Below, piece by piece: positions 1 through 9,318 of a DNA stretch of 63,593 bases. The DNA is from a virus. Lineage: Duplodnaviria > Caudoviricetes. The position numbers were made by a program, and so were the translations under genes. The stretch lies in IMG/VR virus record IMGVR_UViG_3300005581_002829, positions 1-63,593 of that record. One strand, 5' to 3'. The notes under the pieces were generated by a model. That model saw only the letters and a program-made list of their open reading frames with translations. It was not told where the DNA came from and ran no database searches. Positions within the stretch are counted from its first letter, which is position 1, and each line of letters starts with the position of its first letter.

Positions 1-131
1 TGGTCGGGAGTGGATTTAGAAGGAACAAGAACAATAGCACATGGCTTTGTTACTACAATCTCAATACCATTGCGGTAATCTATATCACCTACAATCTCTT
101 CACCTGTTACAAGTTTAATTACTTTAATCAT
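1..131 (-). CDS. Partial (runs off window) small conserved T4-like phage protein, possibly Sm-like fold
   Basis: Read manually: MIKVIKLVTGEEIVGDID..., with SD-like AAGGAA upstream; the 'KLxTGEEI' start is typical of small T4-like proteins. Confidence 0.6.
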   Translation of the reverse strand, partial: MIKVIKLVTGEEIVGDIDYRNGIEIVVTKPCAIVLVPSKSTPD

Positions 132-196
132 TTTATTTCCTTTAATACCAATAACGTATATTTTGATTTCGTGCGGATTGCGTCAACTCAATCCAC

Positions 197-225
197 ATTA
201 TAAAATAGTATTTAATATCTGTCAA
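197..225 (-). promoter_or_regulatory. Sigma70-type (early) promoter
   Basis: Minus strand TTGACA-17 nt-TATAAT, perfect consensus. Confidence 0.75.
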
Positions 226-233
226 TAGCTTTT

Positions 234-725
234 TCATAATGTATCACCTGTAGTTAATTTTTTGGATTTGCCTGCAGGTTCTTTAACCTCAATTTTCTTA
301 GGCTTCTTATGCTCAGGAATAATACGCTCCAAGAAAATTCTTAGCATGCCATTTAACATTTCCGCATCTTTAACTTCAATCTGATCGTCCAAAGCAAAGT
401 TGCGGGTAAATGCTCTGTTGGCAATTCCCTTGAATAGGAAATTTTCTTCATTATCTGTTGTTTGAATGTTACCTTTAACAATCATCTTGCTATCAGCTAA
501 TTCAATTTCAATATCTTGTTTAGCAAAACCTGCAGCAGCAATTTCTATTACATAAGTATTGTCGCCAGTTTTCTTAACATTGTACGGAGGATAATTGGGA
601 ATGTTCTTTGTTATATCGTCATGCATTTTTGTAAGACGAGTAAACTGGTCATCAAACCCAATAAAATATTTGTCCATTTCTTTGAACATATTTGTGTCGA
701 AACGAGGCATTGTTATTAGTGTCAT
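234..725 (-). CDS. hsp20: Small heat shock protein Hsp20 (IbpA-like)
   Basis: NYPPYNV, IEIAAAGF, KGIANRAFTRNF, NGMLRIFLERIIPE motifs. Confidence 0.95.
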   Translation of the reverse strand: MTLITMPRFDTNMFKEMDKYFIGFDDQFTRLTKMHDDITKNIPNYPPYNVKKTGDNTYVIEIAAAGFAKQDIEIELADSKMIVKGNIQTTDNEENFLFKGIANRAFTRNFALDDQIEVKDAEMLNGMLRIFLERIIPEHKKPKKIEVKEPAGKSKKLTTGDTL

Positions 726-738
726 TTGTTACTCCCTA

Positions 739-963
739 TTATTTAGATTTGTTAGAACCATCAAAGAAGCGAGTCATTGACTCTGTACCAACGGAAATCA
801 AATCCAATCCAGATTTTGCGATCTGTTTTGTAAATGTACGTTGTGCTTCAACGAAATCTATTAGGGGTTTTTGGATTATGTCTTCCTTCATTGTGTTACG
901 AAGGAATTCTAGTTTGGCGTTTTGAATAGTATCAATAGCCATGTCTGCGTAAAATGTACTCAT
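739..963 (-). CDS. Hypothetical helical protein (phasin-like appearance)
   Basis: ORF; ATG at 963 follows SD AAGGAG, so the longer 1041 start is rejected. Confidence 0.6.
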   Translation of the reverse strand: MSTFYADMAIDTIQNAKLEFLRNTMKEDIIQKPLIDFVEAQRTFTKQIAKSGLDLISVGTESMTRFFDGSNKSK

Positions 964-1077
964 AATTTTCTCCTTAAAAGCGAGTATTAAAATGCTTACC
1001 CCGAAGGCATAAGATCTGACGGTTTTATTGAGACCCGTCAACTCTGTTTCCCATCCCTGGGAACATACTTATTTATT
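964..1077 (-). promoter_or_regulatory. Structured 5' leader (three hairpins plus SD-pairing hairpin) behind a late-promoter variant AATAAATA
   Basis: TTCCCA-GGGA-TGGGAA; TGACGG-12 nt-CCGTCA; CTTATGCC-TTCG-GGGTAAG; CTCGCTT can pair with AAGGAG. Confidence 0.5.
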
Positions 1078-1503
1078 ACTAGTTGTTAATTTTTTCTTAC
1101 CAATGTTATACTTTGTTTCCAATTTCCATTCTTCTTTTTCTCTATGTGAGATAACTTTGATCTGGGATAACGGAGCATAGTCTTGGAATAATTCAGGATT
1201 GTTAACTTTAACCAATCCCCAATCTACTAATAACTTTGAAATTGTATTTCTACGCTGCAAATCATTTTCAGATAGATCTGCAGTTTTACCATCTAATGCA
1301 AATAATTCTTTAAAATGAACTATAAAATATCTACCCTGTTTGTGTAGTATATGGCATGATTGATATAGAGTTTTATCTTTTCTAGAAGCGACACCAATTC
1401 GTGTTAATGTTTCTCTTACTTTTAAAAAATCATCTGGTTCAGACAAAATTACTTCTAAGGGATGATACCCTGGAAAATCAATATTGATTATATCAGTACT
1501 CAT
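1069..1503 (-). CDS. regA: Translational repressor RegA
   Basis: DDFLKVRETLTRIGVAS, LYQSCHILHKQGRYFIVHFKELFALDG; follows gp62 as in T4. Confidence 0.97.
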   Translation of the reverse strand: MSTDIINIDFPGYHPLEVILSEPDDFLKVRETLTRIGVASRKDKTLYQSCHILHKQGRYFIVHFKELFALDGKTADLSENDLQRRNTISKLLVDWGLVKVNNPELFQDYAPLSQIKVISHREKEEWKLETKYNIGKKKLTTSNK

Positions 1504-1946
1504 TACATCCACCCACCTTTTGTTATTCTTTTTTTCATTTCTTCAATAGTCGAAGAATTTAGAAGTGGGAGTACTTGTTTGGCCTTTTCCGTGCTATAGC
1601 CATAGTATTCTTTGATAACTTCCAATTCAGCGACCTTCTCAGCCTTGATCCATTTATTGAATCTCTTCCGGGGCCTAATAATATTTATAAGAAAATCAAA
1701 TTGTAGAATCTTAGCTAGATGGGGTCTAGAATTCATCTCGTTCGCAGGAATTACTGTATCTGCTCCGTAGGAAAGTCCTTTATTAATGATGTAGGGGTTA
1801 TATTGTTTCTCAGACCAATCGTCCACAATTAGCTTTTCTTTGCTATGATGTATAGCATTGATAAAATCGAAAGGGGAAATAGATGGAGCTTTATATGGAA
1901 CCGCCTCGGGTTTTGCTACAGGTTCCCCTAAAAAATCTAAACTCAT
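1503..1946 (-). CDS. gp62: Clamp loader small subunit gp62
   Basis: YNPYIINKGLS, ANEMN, RKRFNKW, IKEYYGYSTEKAKQ; synteny. Confidence 0.93.
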   Translation of the reverse strand: MSLDFLGEPVAKPEAVPYKAPSISPFDFINAIHHSKEKLIVDDWSEKQYNPYIINKGLSYGADTVIPANEMNSRPHLAKILQFDFLINIIRPRKRFNKWIKAEKVAELEVIKEYYGYSTEKAKQVLPLLNSSTIEEMKKRITKGGWM

Positions 1947-2152
1947 GTTAACATCCTTACTAGTCCAACTGTGTCAATAGTGGTTAACAGTATATAGTTA
2001 GCAAGCATCCCAAATGATTTCCGAGTATAACTAGCCCAAGCATAGAGGGCACAACCACCAATCCACACAGGATAAAGAGCAAGAAGAGGAGGATTTGGGA
2101 CTGTGAGTGCCATGGTGATTGAGCAGCCAATACTAATAGCCCAAGCCAACAA
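1943..2152 (-). CDS. Small membrane protein (true start may lie ~75 nt upstream)
   Basis: Hydrophobic ORF with 2-3 predicted TM segments; frame is open to ~2245. Confidence 0.6.
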   Translation of the reverse strand: MLAWAISIGCSITMALTVPNPPLLALYPVWIGGCALYAWASYTRKSFGMLANYILLTTIDTVGLVRMLT

Positions 2153-2226
2153 CTCAACAGCAAAACGAATGCGATTAGACTTAAAATCATCTTTGATCCA
2201 TTTAAATACGTCTAAAATTATAGTGT

Positions 2227-2502
2227 TTATAATACACCCGAATTCGGATTATCTACAGCAAGTGCAACTAGTGCATGCGCAGTATATGTAACCTGGTCTT
2301 CAGATAATTTTAAATTATATGCTTTATCTAGGATATGTAATGTCTCATGCATCAAGGCAATACGTTTTGTTTGTTCTGTAATGCCAGTGTTTATCATAAT
2401 CTTTTGATTATTAAAATCTGCAAGACCAATGTTACCATTCATCTCCTCGGAAGATAGATATTGAATTTCGTAATCTATACCCGCAACTCTAATATTTTTC
2501 AT
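2227..2502 (-). CDS. HEXXH metallopeptidase-like small protein
   Basis: ALMHETLH motif. Confidence 0.6.
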   Translation of the reverse strand: MKNIRVAGIDYEIQYLSSEEMNGNIGLADFNNQKIMINTGITEQTKRIALMHETLHILDKAYNLKLSEDQVTYTAHALVALAVDNPNSGVL

Positions 2503-3440
2503 TTAAACTCCACTGCTGCCATAATCTCAGTTAAACACGCGACCAAATTAATTTCTTGGTCTGCACAAAATGCTGCTTTATACTGATAATCTGCAAGCAA
2601 TAAAACAAGTTGCGGAACCTGTACTACATTATCACATAGTGTATCATACAACTTTCTAAACAAAGTCTGAGGATCATTGTCAATATTATTAACTACCCAT
2701 GTACGCATTTTCTTCCAATCGCCTTCTTTCAAAGAAGCGATTAAGTCTTGCATATTGACTTCGCCCATACTAACAAAGATACCTTCATCAATATTACCCG
2801 ATGCACTGTATCGTTGCAGTTCATTTAGAATACGACGATAATCGGGAAAATGCTTTTCGATAACCTTTGCGATTACTTTACTATCTGCAGTGATGCTTTC
2901 AATTGAAAGAATCTCGGTTACACGCTTAAAGAATAGTGCAGCAATCTTTGGCTTTTCAGTCTTCGGTAATTTAAATTCGATAACCGCAGTTCGAGAATGA
3001 AGTGGAGGAATAATTCTATTCTTAAAGTTACAAGTTAAAATAAACCTGCAATTATTTGAGAACTCTTCCATAAATGCTCTAAGAGCAGGTTGTGTAGAAT
3101 TAGGATTCAAATAATCTGCTTCGTCTAGAATAACAACCTTTGGCTTTCCGCTGAATGATACAGTAGAAGCAAACTGTTTAATCTTAGTACGAAGAACATC
3201 AATGCCCGATTCTTCTGAACCGTTAATGACCATGTAATCGGTTTCTAATTCTTCACACAATGCTCGGGCAACAGTAGTCTTACCCATACCTGCGCCGCCG
3301 CAGAGTAGCATATTTTGTATCTCATTTTTAGTGAGCATTTCCTGAAAGATCTTTTTTTGATCCGCAGGAAGAATACAATCATCTAGTTTACGGGGCCGAT
3401 ACTTTTCAACCCACAAAAATTCATCTTCACGATAATCCAT
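2499..3440 (-). CDS. gp44: Clamp loader large subunit gp44 (RFC-like AAA+)
   Basis: LWVEKYRP, GGAGMGKTT, ILDEADYL, HFPDYRR. Confidence 0.97.
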   Translation of the reverse strand: MDYREDEFLWVEKYRPRKLDDCILPADQKKIFQEMLTKNEIQNMLLCGGAGMGKTTVARALCEELETDYMVINGSEESGIDVLRTKIKQFASTVSFSGKPKVVILDEADYLNPNSTQPALRAFMEEFSNNCRFILTCNFKNRIIPPLHSRTAVIEFKLPKTEKPKIAALFFKRVTEILSIESITADSKVIAKVIEKHFPDYRRILNELQRYSASGNIDEGIFVSMGEVNMQDLIASLKEGDWKKMRTWVVNNIDNDPQTLFRKLYDTLCDNVVQVPQLVLLLADYQYKAAFCADQEINLVACLTEIMAAVEFK

Positions 3441-3458
3441 AACAACTCCATAATATAA

Positions 3459-3641
3459 TTAAAGTTCTCCGTCAATCCAAATCCAACCAAATACAAATTT
3501 AATCATTTGACGGTGAAACCAATTTGGCTTCTTTGTAAATGCAATACGAAAACCTCGATTTAATTCCAAGTACCCAACATACACAGGTTGTTTGAGTATA
3601 GATACTTCACCCGAGGATACATAGTAATTTTTGGATTCCAT
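3459..3641 (-). CDS. Hypothetical protein
   Basis: Short ORF translationally coupled (TGATG) to the upstream gene. Confidence 0.55.
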   Translation of the reverse strand: MESKNYYVSSGEVSILKQPVYVGYLELNRGFRIAFTKKPNWFHRQMIKFVFGWIWIDGEL

Positions 3642-4297
3642 CAAATTACTTTTAAAATATTTGGATTGTCTAATATTTGTTGAGGCACATTCAATTTTGA
3701 TATTAAATCATTTCTAACAAAAATAGCATTGCCGGTATAATGCACTAACGTATATCCTTTATTCATACCTATTTCTAAAGTAGTTGTAAAGGTTGATCCT
3801 TTGGAAATAGGTTCGCCTGCAGGAATATGATGTCTCCATTTTACACCGACAGGGGCACTGCTATTAGTTTCAATAATTACAACCTTTGGGGTATATGTAT
3901 GAAAGGTATCCCAGACATCACTATCATAAGAATCAATATCTATAGATAACAATTCAAAATCTTTAGGACAATTTGTTTGTTGCAACAATTTATATAATGA
4001 TTTATCTTGATAATCAAATTGGGAAATCCAAGCTTGTATTGGTGTGATTAGAGGATATTCTTTAGCAGTGTCAAGAAGATCTTTATACTTTTCTTCATCA
4101 CCTTCAATCATAACAACACTCCATCCTCTTAATACAAGAGCAAATGCGTTACTCAAATACTTACCATCCCATGCGCCAAATTCTACGGCCCAAGAAGATA
4201 GTGTGTCAGGTACTTCTAATCTTTTGAAAATTTCTTTTAAAATTCCATCCTCACCGTGTTGAGAATATTCGTTGTTTGAATAATTATATAAAAACAT
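3641..4297 (-). CDS. FkbM-like SAM-dependent methyltransferase
   Basis: YSQHGEDG, VEFGAWDG, LLSIDIDSYD, NAIFVR motifs; ATG just after the gp45 stop. Confidence 0.75.
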   Translation of the reverse strand: MFLYNYSNNEYSQHGEDGILKEIFKRLEVPDTLSSWAVEFGAWDGKYLSNAFALVLRGWSVVMIEGDEEKYKDLLDTAKEYPLITPIQAWISQFDYQDKSLYKLLQQTNCPKDFELLSIDIDSYDSDVWDTFHTYTPKVVIIETNSSAPVGVKWRHHIPAGEPISKGSTFTTTLEIGMNKGYTLVHYTGNAIFVRNDLISKLNVPQQILDNPNILKVI

Positions 4298-4298
4298 A

Positions 4299-4955
4299 TT
4301 ATACCTTTGAATCGGGTTCCATTGCAATAAAGTATTCCAAAGCTTTTGTTTCATGTTTAAAGTGGAATGCTTTCTTTTTCGAGATTGTTACTGTATAAGA
4401 ATCGGGAATAACTTTAAAGTTTTCAACTGCCATGTGGCAATCAAAAGTATGTTCGCTTGTCCCAACCACTTTCTTATAAGTATTTGCTGTGTCATTCTTT
4501 TTATCACCGATAGTCAATGTAACAGTTGTTCCATCGGATGAAATAGTAATTGTTGGTGCACCAGTAATACCTGCTGCCTTCATAATCATATGAACATCTT
4601 CTGCTGTCAATTTAAATTGATAGTGATTATCTACTTCGATGCTTTTGTCTGGTGCTGCAACAATAACTGACGGACTAGAATAGAAGTACTCAAACTTACC
4701 ATTGTCCTTAGAAATTGTTAGGCTTTTATCACCAAACTCCACATCCTGATTCTCCATTAGTGTTAGCAAAGCCAACAACGAATTCAAATCATAAACTGCT
4801 ACTTCCTCCGGAAAATCTTCTGCTACATCAGCCTTCGCAAAAATATTTTTTGCTGTACTAATTGTTGCTAAAGTCTTACCTTTACGAATAAGAATGTTGC
4901 TGTTTACTCCAGCAAAGTTCTTTAGGATATCAATCGTTTCTTTACTAATTTGCAT
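4299..4955 (-). CDS. gp45: DNA polymerase sliding clamp gp45
   Basis: ETIDILKNFAGVNSNI, VYDLNSLL, YFIAMEPDS; synteny with gp44/gp62. Confidence 0.95.
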   Translation of the reverse strand: MQISKETIDILKNFAGVNSNILIRKGKTLATISTAKNIFAKADVAEDFPEEVAVYDLNSLLALLTLMENQDVEFGDKSLTISKDNGKFEYFYSSPSVIVAAPDKSIEVDNHYQFKLTAEDVHMIMKAAGITGAPTITISSDGTTVTLTIGDKKNDTANTYKKVVGTSEHTFDCHMAVENFKVIPDSYTVTISKKKAFHFKHETKALEYFIAMEPDSKV

Positions 4956-4981
4956 AATCTAACTCCTTGTTTCAATAACAT

Positions 4982-5010
4982 ATTATAATATAGGTAACGT
5001 AAAAAGTCTA
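4982..5010 (-). promoter_or_regulatory. Sigma70-type promoter for the gp45 operon
   Basis: TAGACT-17 nt-TATAAT. Confidence 0.6.
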
Positions 5011-5015
5011 TACTA

Positions 5016-5903
5016 TTACCTATTTTTTAAAAGTTCGTACATCCTTGCGTACGTTTCTTTTATCCCGGTTTCAATATCAATTTTTTGTTCCCATCCTGTA
5101 CTTTTTAATAAACTATTATCAGGTACAAAATTCATAGTATCCCTATCTGCGATGTCGGTAGTATCAATTTTTAATTCAGAAGCGCTTTCCAATAGCTGCA
5201 CTAACTCAGATGTAGGAGTTAATATACTTGAACAAACATTTACTGGACCAGTAAGGTCAGAATAAACTAATCCAAAGATTGCGTCTGCAACATCTTCTAC
5301 ATGTATATAATCTCTAACAGCATCTAATGCTTTTACTTTGGTTGTTCCATCTAAAACTAATTCTTTTATCATTCTATTAATGAATAACGGATTCTTGTAT
5401 CTATCATATTCTCCATATATTGTAGATACTCTCGCAGTTATACTAGGAACATCTGAGTATAATTTTGTTACTTCTTCAGCTAAGTATTTACTAAAGATAT
5501 AATTATTTTTATATGGATTTATCTTTTGTGTTTCATCCACTTTACTCAAAATAGTGTTTTCATCGTAAATAGATACTGTACCTATGCTAACAATCTTTTC
5601 TATTTTTTTGACATCTTTAAAATATGAGAATATTTTTCGAATAGGCAATACGTTCTTTTCAATGTCATCGATACTAAATGTATCTGTATTATTAAGAGAA
5701 ATAAAATCGGAATTGCCGATTAACATTATTACTCGATCAAAATATAATCTTTCTAATACTTCAGGTAATTTTTCTATGCTGTCGCAATTGATATGATATC
5801 TTGCTTCATTTGGTTGTGTTCTACCTACAGAAATAACATCTTTATATTTTTTTAGTATATGCGAACCTAAAAAACCATTCCCCCCTAAAATGACTGTGCT
5901 CAT
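5016..5903 (-). CDS. NAD-dependent epimerase/dehydratase (paralog A)
   Basis: GGNGFLG, YxxSK, RDYIHVEDVA. Confidence 0.85.
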   Translation of the reverse strand: MSTVILGGNGFLGSHILKKYKDVISVGRTQPNEARYHINCDSIEKLPEVLERLYFDRVIMLIGNSDFISLNNTDTFSIDDIEKNVLPIRKIFSYFKDVKKIEKIVSIGTVSIYDENTILSKVDETQKINPYKNNYIFSKYLAEEVTKLYSDVPSITARVSTIYGEYDRYKNPLFINRMIKELVLDGTTKVKALDAVRDYIHVEDVADAIFGLVYSDLTGPVNVCSSILTPTSELVQLLESASELKIDTTDIADRDTMNFVPDNSLLKSTGWEQKIDIETGIKETYARMYELLKNR

Positions 5904-5924
5904 GTATTCTCCTTTTGTTGCTAA

Positions 5925-5932
5925 TATTTATA
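5925..5932 (-). promoter_or_regulatory. T4-type late promoter TATAAATA
   Basis: Exact consensus in the intergenic gap upstream of paralog A. Confidence 0.65.
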
Positions 5933-5935
5933 ATA

Positions 5936-6817
5936 TTAATGATACATTTCGCACATTTTTCTATAGGTTTTCCGTAAGCCGGTATCAAGATCAAATTTAG
6001 GTTCCCAGCCGGTTAATTTTTTTATTAAACTAATATCGGCCACAAATTTCATATGGCCAGTTGCAGGTCCATCACCCAATTCAATTTTTATTTTAGATTC
6101 ATCTTCTAATATACGAACAACGTCTGCAACAGAATTAATTTGGCCACTAGCAACGTTAACAGGACCTGTATAATCAGTATGTAATAATTTAACAATTGCA
6201 TCAGATGCATCTTCAGTATAAATAAAATCTCGTTGAGGTTTAAGGTTTAGTACTCTTGCTTTTTTATTAAATACTAAACCTTCTACTAATTGATTTACCA
6301 GGTCTGGTCGATTTAATGCAGTTGTTGGACCATAGATATTAGTTAATCTAACAATAATATTTGGAATTTCAGAATAAAAATTTGCAACTTGTTCGCCTAA
6401 ATATTTACTAAAGATATAATTGTTTTGATATGGTCTTAATGCCTGTGTTTCATCTACCGGCAAAATCATTTGGTCACGATCATATAATAGGATAGAACTA
6501 AAACTAATAAGTTTCTTTATTGGTCTTTGCTGAAAATATGATAAAATTTTTGTCAACGGAATAAGATTTTTATCTATAGCTTCAAGATGATATGGTTTTT
6601 GTTCATTTAAAATTGTATGATTAGAGCTACCAATCATCATTATAACTTTATCAAATTCTAAAGTATCTAATACTTTAGAAAGATGTTCTATGCTAGGACA
6701 ATCTACATGATGTACTGCACTAGCAGGTTTAGTTCTACCAACAGAAATAATATCAGGATATTTTTTTAATATTTGAGGACCTAAAAATCCGCTTCCACCT
6801 AAAATAATTGTGCTCAT
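5936..6817 (-). CDS. NAD-dependent epimerase/dehydratase (paralog B)
   Basis: GGSGFLG, YIFSK, RDFIYTED. Confidence 0.85.
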   Translation of the reverse strand: MSTIILGGSGFLGPQILKKYPDIISVGRTKPASAVHHVDCPSIEHLSKVLDTLEFDKVIMMIGSSNHTILNEQKPYHLEAIDKNLIPLTKILSYFQQRPIKKLISFSSILLYDRDQMILPVDETQALRPYQNNYIFSKYLGEQVANFYSEIPNIIVRLTNIYGPTTALNRPDLVNQLVEGLVFNKKARVLNLKPQRDFIYTEDASDAIVKLLHTDYTGPVNVASGQINSVADVVRILEDESKIKIELGDGPATGHMKFVADISLIKKLTGWEPKFDLDTGLRKTYRKMCEMYH

Positions 6818-7098
6818 ACTGTATCCTTTATTTCAATGTCATGTATATATAAAAGCATCAAAGCATAGTGCAATATTTTCATAATATCTTTTCTATTCTT
6901 TCCATTCTTTTTACCGTACCGTTGTGTATATTTTAATACATTCCCGGCAGTAAATCCCTCACCGTGTCCACTATCTATAATAAACTCAGTAGCTTGAAAC
7001 TTATTAAGAGAATAGTGTTCGCTATATGTGCTATTAATATATTGTTTTAATTCTTCTATTAAGGTATCTTCATTATACTTATAATTTATTTTCTCCAA
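6814..7098 (-). CDS. DUF3310-like conserved phage protein
   Basis: HYS...GEGFTAGNVLKYTQRYGKKNG...DIMKILHYA. Confidence 0.75.
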   Translation of the reverse strand: MEKINYKYNEDTLIEELKQYINSTYSEHYSLNKFQATEFIIDSGHGEGFTAGNVLKYTQRYGKKNGKNRKDIMKILHYALMLLYIHDIEIKDTV

Positions 7099-7811
7099 GG
7101 AAGTACTCCATTATATTTAGTGTTCATTAATTCATTTCCCTTAAGGAAAAATTCTTTTTGTACGGAATCCATTCTGTTTCCTGCTCTATAGTTAACAGTA
7201 TATTCCCCTGATACGTTACAATCTATTTTATTACCTTTAAGTGCGTATGTCAATGCTCGATCAACTTCAGGTTGATCGTCGGGATGTCTTGCTCTCCTAT
7301 GCCATAATGGGGATAATTGCAATGCCAATTGTCTAGGAAAAAAGAAACAATTTACATCCACAAAATAATCTCCAATAACCGATTCCCAATTACCTAGGCT
7401 TTCACAATCATCATTACAAATATAAGTTCCATCTTGATCTACAATTTTTCTTAATGAGCACGCCCATTTATCATCTTTAATAACTGACATTAAACTTTCT
7501 ATATGATTCGGTTCTACCCAATTATCTTCATCCAGAAAAGAGATATAATTACCCTTTGCCAAATACGTGGATGCTCCATAAATTTTATGACCATTGTATT
7601 GTTCAATGCCGGTAGGATAAGGTAATACTATTAGATCAATATCTAAATTAGGAATTCGTTCAAGTATTTTTTCAACCTTATCAAAATGGTGAGCACCATC
7701 AACCACTACTAAGTGTTGAAAATTTTTATATGTTTGATTTGCAACTGATAAAATATTTTGTTCCAAATATTCGGAACCGGTTGTTGCTGTTACTATAGTT
7801 ACATCACTCAT
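7086..7811 (-). CDS. Glycosyltransferase family 2
   Basis: SVANQTYKN, VVVDG, FLDEDNW. Confidence 0.85.
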   Translation of the reverse strand: MSDVTIVTATTGSEYLEQNILSVANQTYKNFQHLVVVDGAHHFDKVEKILERIPNLDIDLIVLPYPTGIEQYNGHKIYGASTYLAKGNYISFLDEDNWVEPNHIESLMSVIKDDKWACSLRKIVDQDGTYICNDDCESLGNWESVIGDYFVDVNCFFFPRQLALQLSPLWHRRARHPDDQPEVDRALTYALKGNKIDCNVSGEYTVNYRAGNRMDSVQKEFFLKGNELMNTKYNGVLPWRK

Positions 7812-8623
7812 TATTTACTTTCAAAATATTGTTTATATGTTCTTGCAATATATCCTTTATTGCGCTCAAAAATTTCACCCATTCTCGAATTAACTTTAGA
7901 TTCGGATTTTTCTCTAGTAGATCCCCAATCAACTTCACTATCATATTTTAATGCATAGACTCCATTCTTATATCCATGCATATTCATTCGAATGCTCATA
8001 TCATGGCAATCAAAACCGCATGGAGCTAAATCCTCATTATAAAAACCTACTTCGTTATATCTTTTCCATTGTATACATGTAGGGCTACGAATAACTGCTT
8101 CAGTTATTACAAATTCATTATACTTAATTTCCTTAAAATGTGTTAATCCTAATTTTTTCCAATGCCCAAATTCTGATTCTTGAAAATTACTTTCAAATAT
8201 ACTATTGCCATCAGAATGTAAGCTACATCCTAACCTACACGTAATATATCCTAAATCAGTATATGCCTCAAATAGATTTCTAAAAATTAAATCTATATTA
8301 TCTTCTTTAAGTACAACATCGTCTTGTACAGTAAAAATTAAATCATCAGGAGAAGGATTACAATTATTTCGAATATACGAAAGTCCGGTGTTTAAAGATA
8401 ATATTTCATGCACATCATTTTGATAAAGCAATGTTACTTTATCCTCAATAGAATTTGCAGTAATATATTCTTTTAGTATTGCCTCCGTTTTATCTGTACA
8501 TCCATCTATAATAAAAATAATTTCATAAGGTATAGTTTCACTTACCGATCTATAAATTCCATCAATAACTTGTTCAATTAAATTTTCTTTATTATGAACA
8601 GGTGTTATAAAATATGCTTTCAT
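7811..8623 (-). CDS. Glycosyltransferase family 2
   Basis: ITPVHNKE, IIDGCTDKT, VQDD, FDCHD. Confidence 0.85.
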   Translation of the reverse strand: MKAYFITPVHNKENLIEQVIDGIYRSVSETIPYEIIFIIDGCTDKTEAILKEYITANSIEDKVTLLYQNDVHEILSLNTGLSYIRNNCNPSPDDLIFTVQDDVVLKEDNIDLIFRNLFEAYTDLGYITCRLGCSLHSDGNSIFESNFQESEFGHWKKLGLTHFKEIKYNEFVITEAVIRSPTCIQWKRYNEVGFYNEDLAPCGFDCHDMSIRMNMHGYKNGVYALKYDSEVDWGSTREKSESKVNSRMGEIFERNKGYIARTYKQYFESK

Positions 8624-9315
8624 AAAAATATTCCTTTATCAAACTTTACAGATGCGGGTAAATTTTTTTGATCAAACCCCTCAAATTCCTTCATTGAGCC
8701 AGGATACAAAGGCATATCATATTCATCATATCCATTACCGCAAAACGAATACCTATTCTTTAGTTTTAATCTAGTATCCTTGAACCAACCTTCTTTCATA
8801 CAGTGTATCATTGTAGTTTCTTTTACATAGGGGTAAATATAATCTCTAAGATATACTTGGTCATTGGTATAGTAATTAGTGTTAAACATAAATTTATTCA
8901 TAACATCTAATATATAATCTGGCAATTTACCTTTAAATCCAAACGCACACGCAATTATTGGAAATTCATAATGTGCTTCGTGGTCTCTATAGATATGAAA
9001 AGATTTACTAGAATCAACCCATTCGCCAACAGCCATTTGTTCTCGCTGCGTAATTCTGCCATCTGCATCTCTAACAATTACTATATTATCTTGATCTTCA
9101 AATAGGGGCAAAAATCTCCAGAATACCCCATGACTATTATCTTTAATTTCTATAATCTGAGCATCCGGCATTAACTTCTCATATCGTTTTCTATCATCAG
9201 TATAAATTCGATATGTCCAATCTGGATAAAATTCTTTTGTTAATTCATATTGTCTTATTGCTCCAAAGACATATCTAATATTGTTACCATATTCGGAAGT
9301 TGAAACTATTTTCAT
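8620..9315 (-). CDS. Putative GT-A-like protein
   Basis: FWRFLP, VRDADGR (DxD), NDQVYL; located in the glycan cluster. Confidence 0.55.
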   Translation of the reverse strand: MKIVSTSEYGNNIRYVFGAIRQYELTKEFYPDWTYRIYTDDRKRYEKLMPDAQIIEIKDNSHGVFWRFLPLFEDQDNIVIVRDADGRITQREQMAVGEWVDSSKSFHIYRDHEAHYEFPIIACAFGFKGKLPDYILDVMNKFMFNTNYYTNDQVYLRDYIYPYVKETTMIHCMKEGWFKDTRLKLKNRYSFCGNGYDEYDMPLYPGSMKEFEGFDQKNLPASVKFDKGIFL

Positions 9316-9318
9316 ATA

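Noticed and set aside
143-199. 18-codon minus-strand ORF MWIELTQSARNQNIRYWY with a GGATTG/CAATCC hairpin
   Set aside because: Its ATG overlaps the -10 box of the promoter and there is no SD; more likely a 5' UTR hairpin
1682-1689. TATAAATA inside gp62
   Set aside because: Intragenic and expected by chance in AT-rich DNA; could serve regA but unsupported
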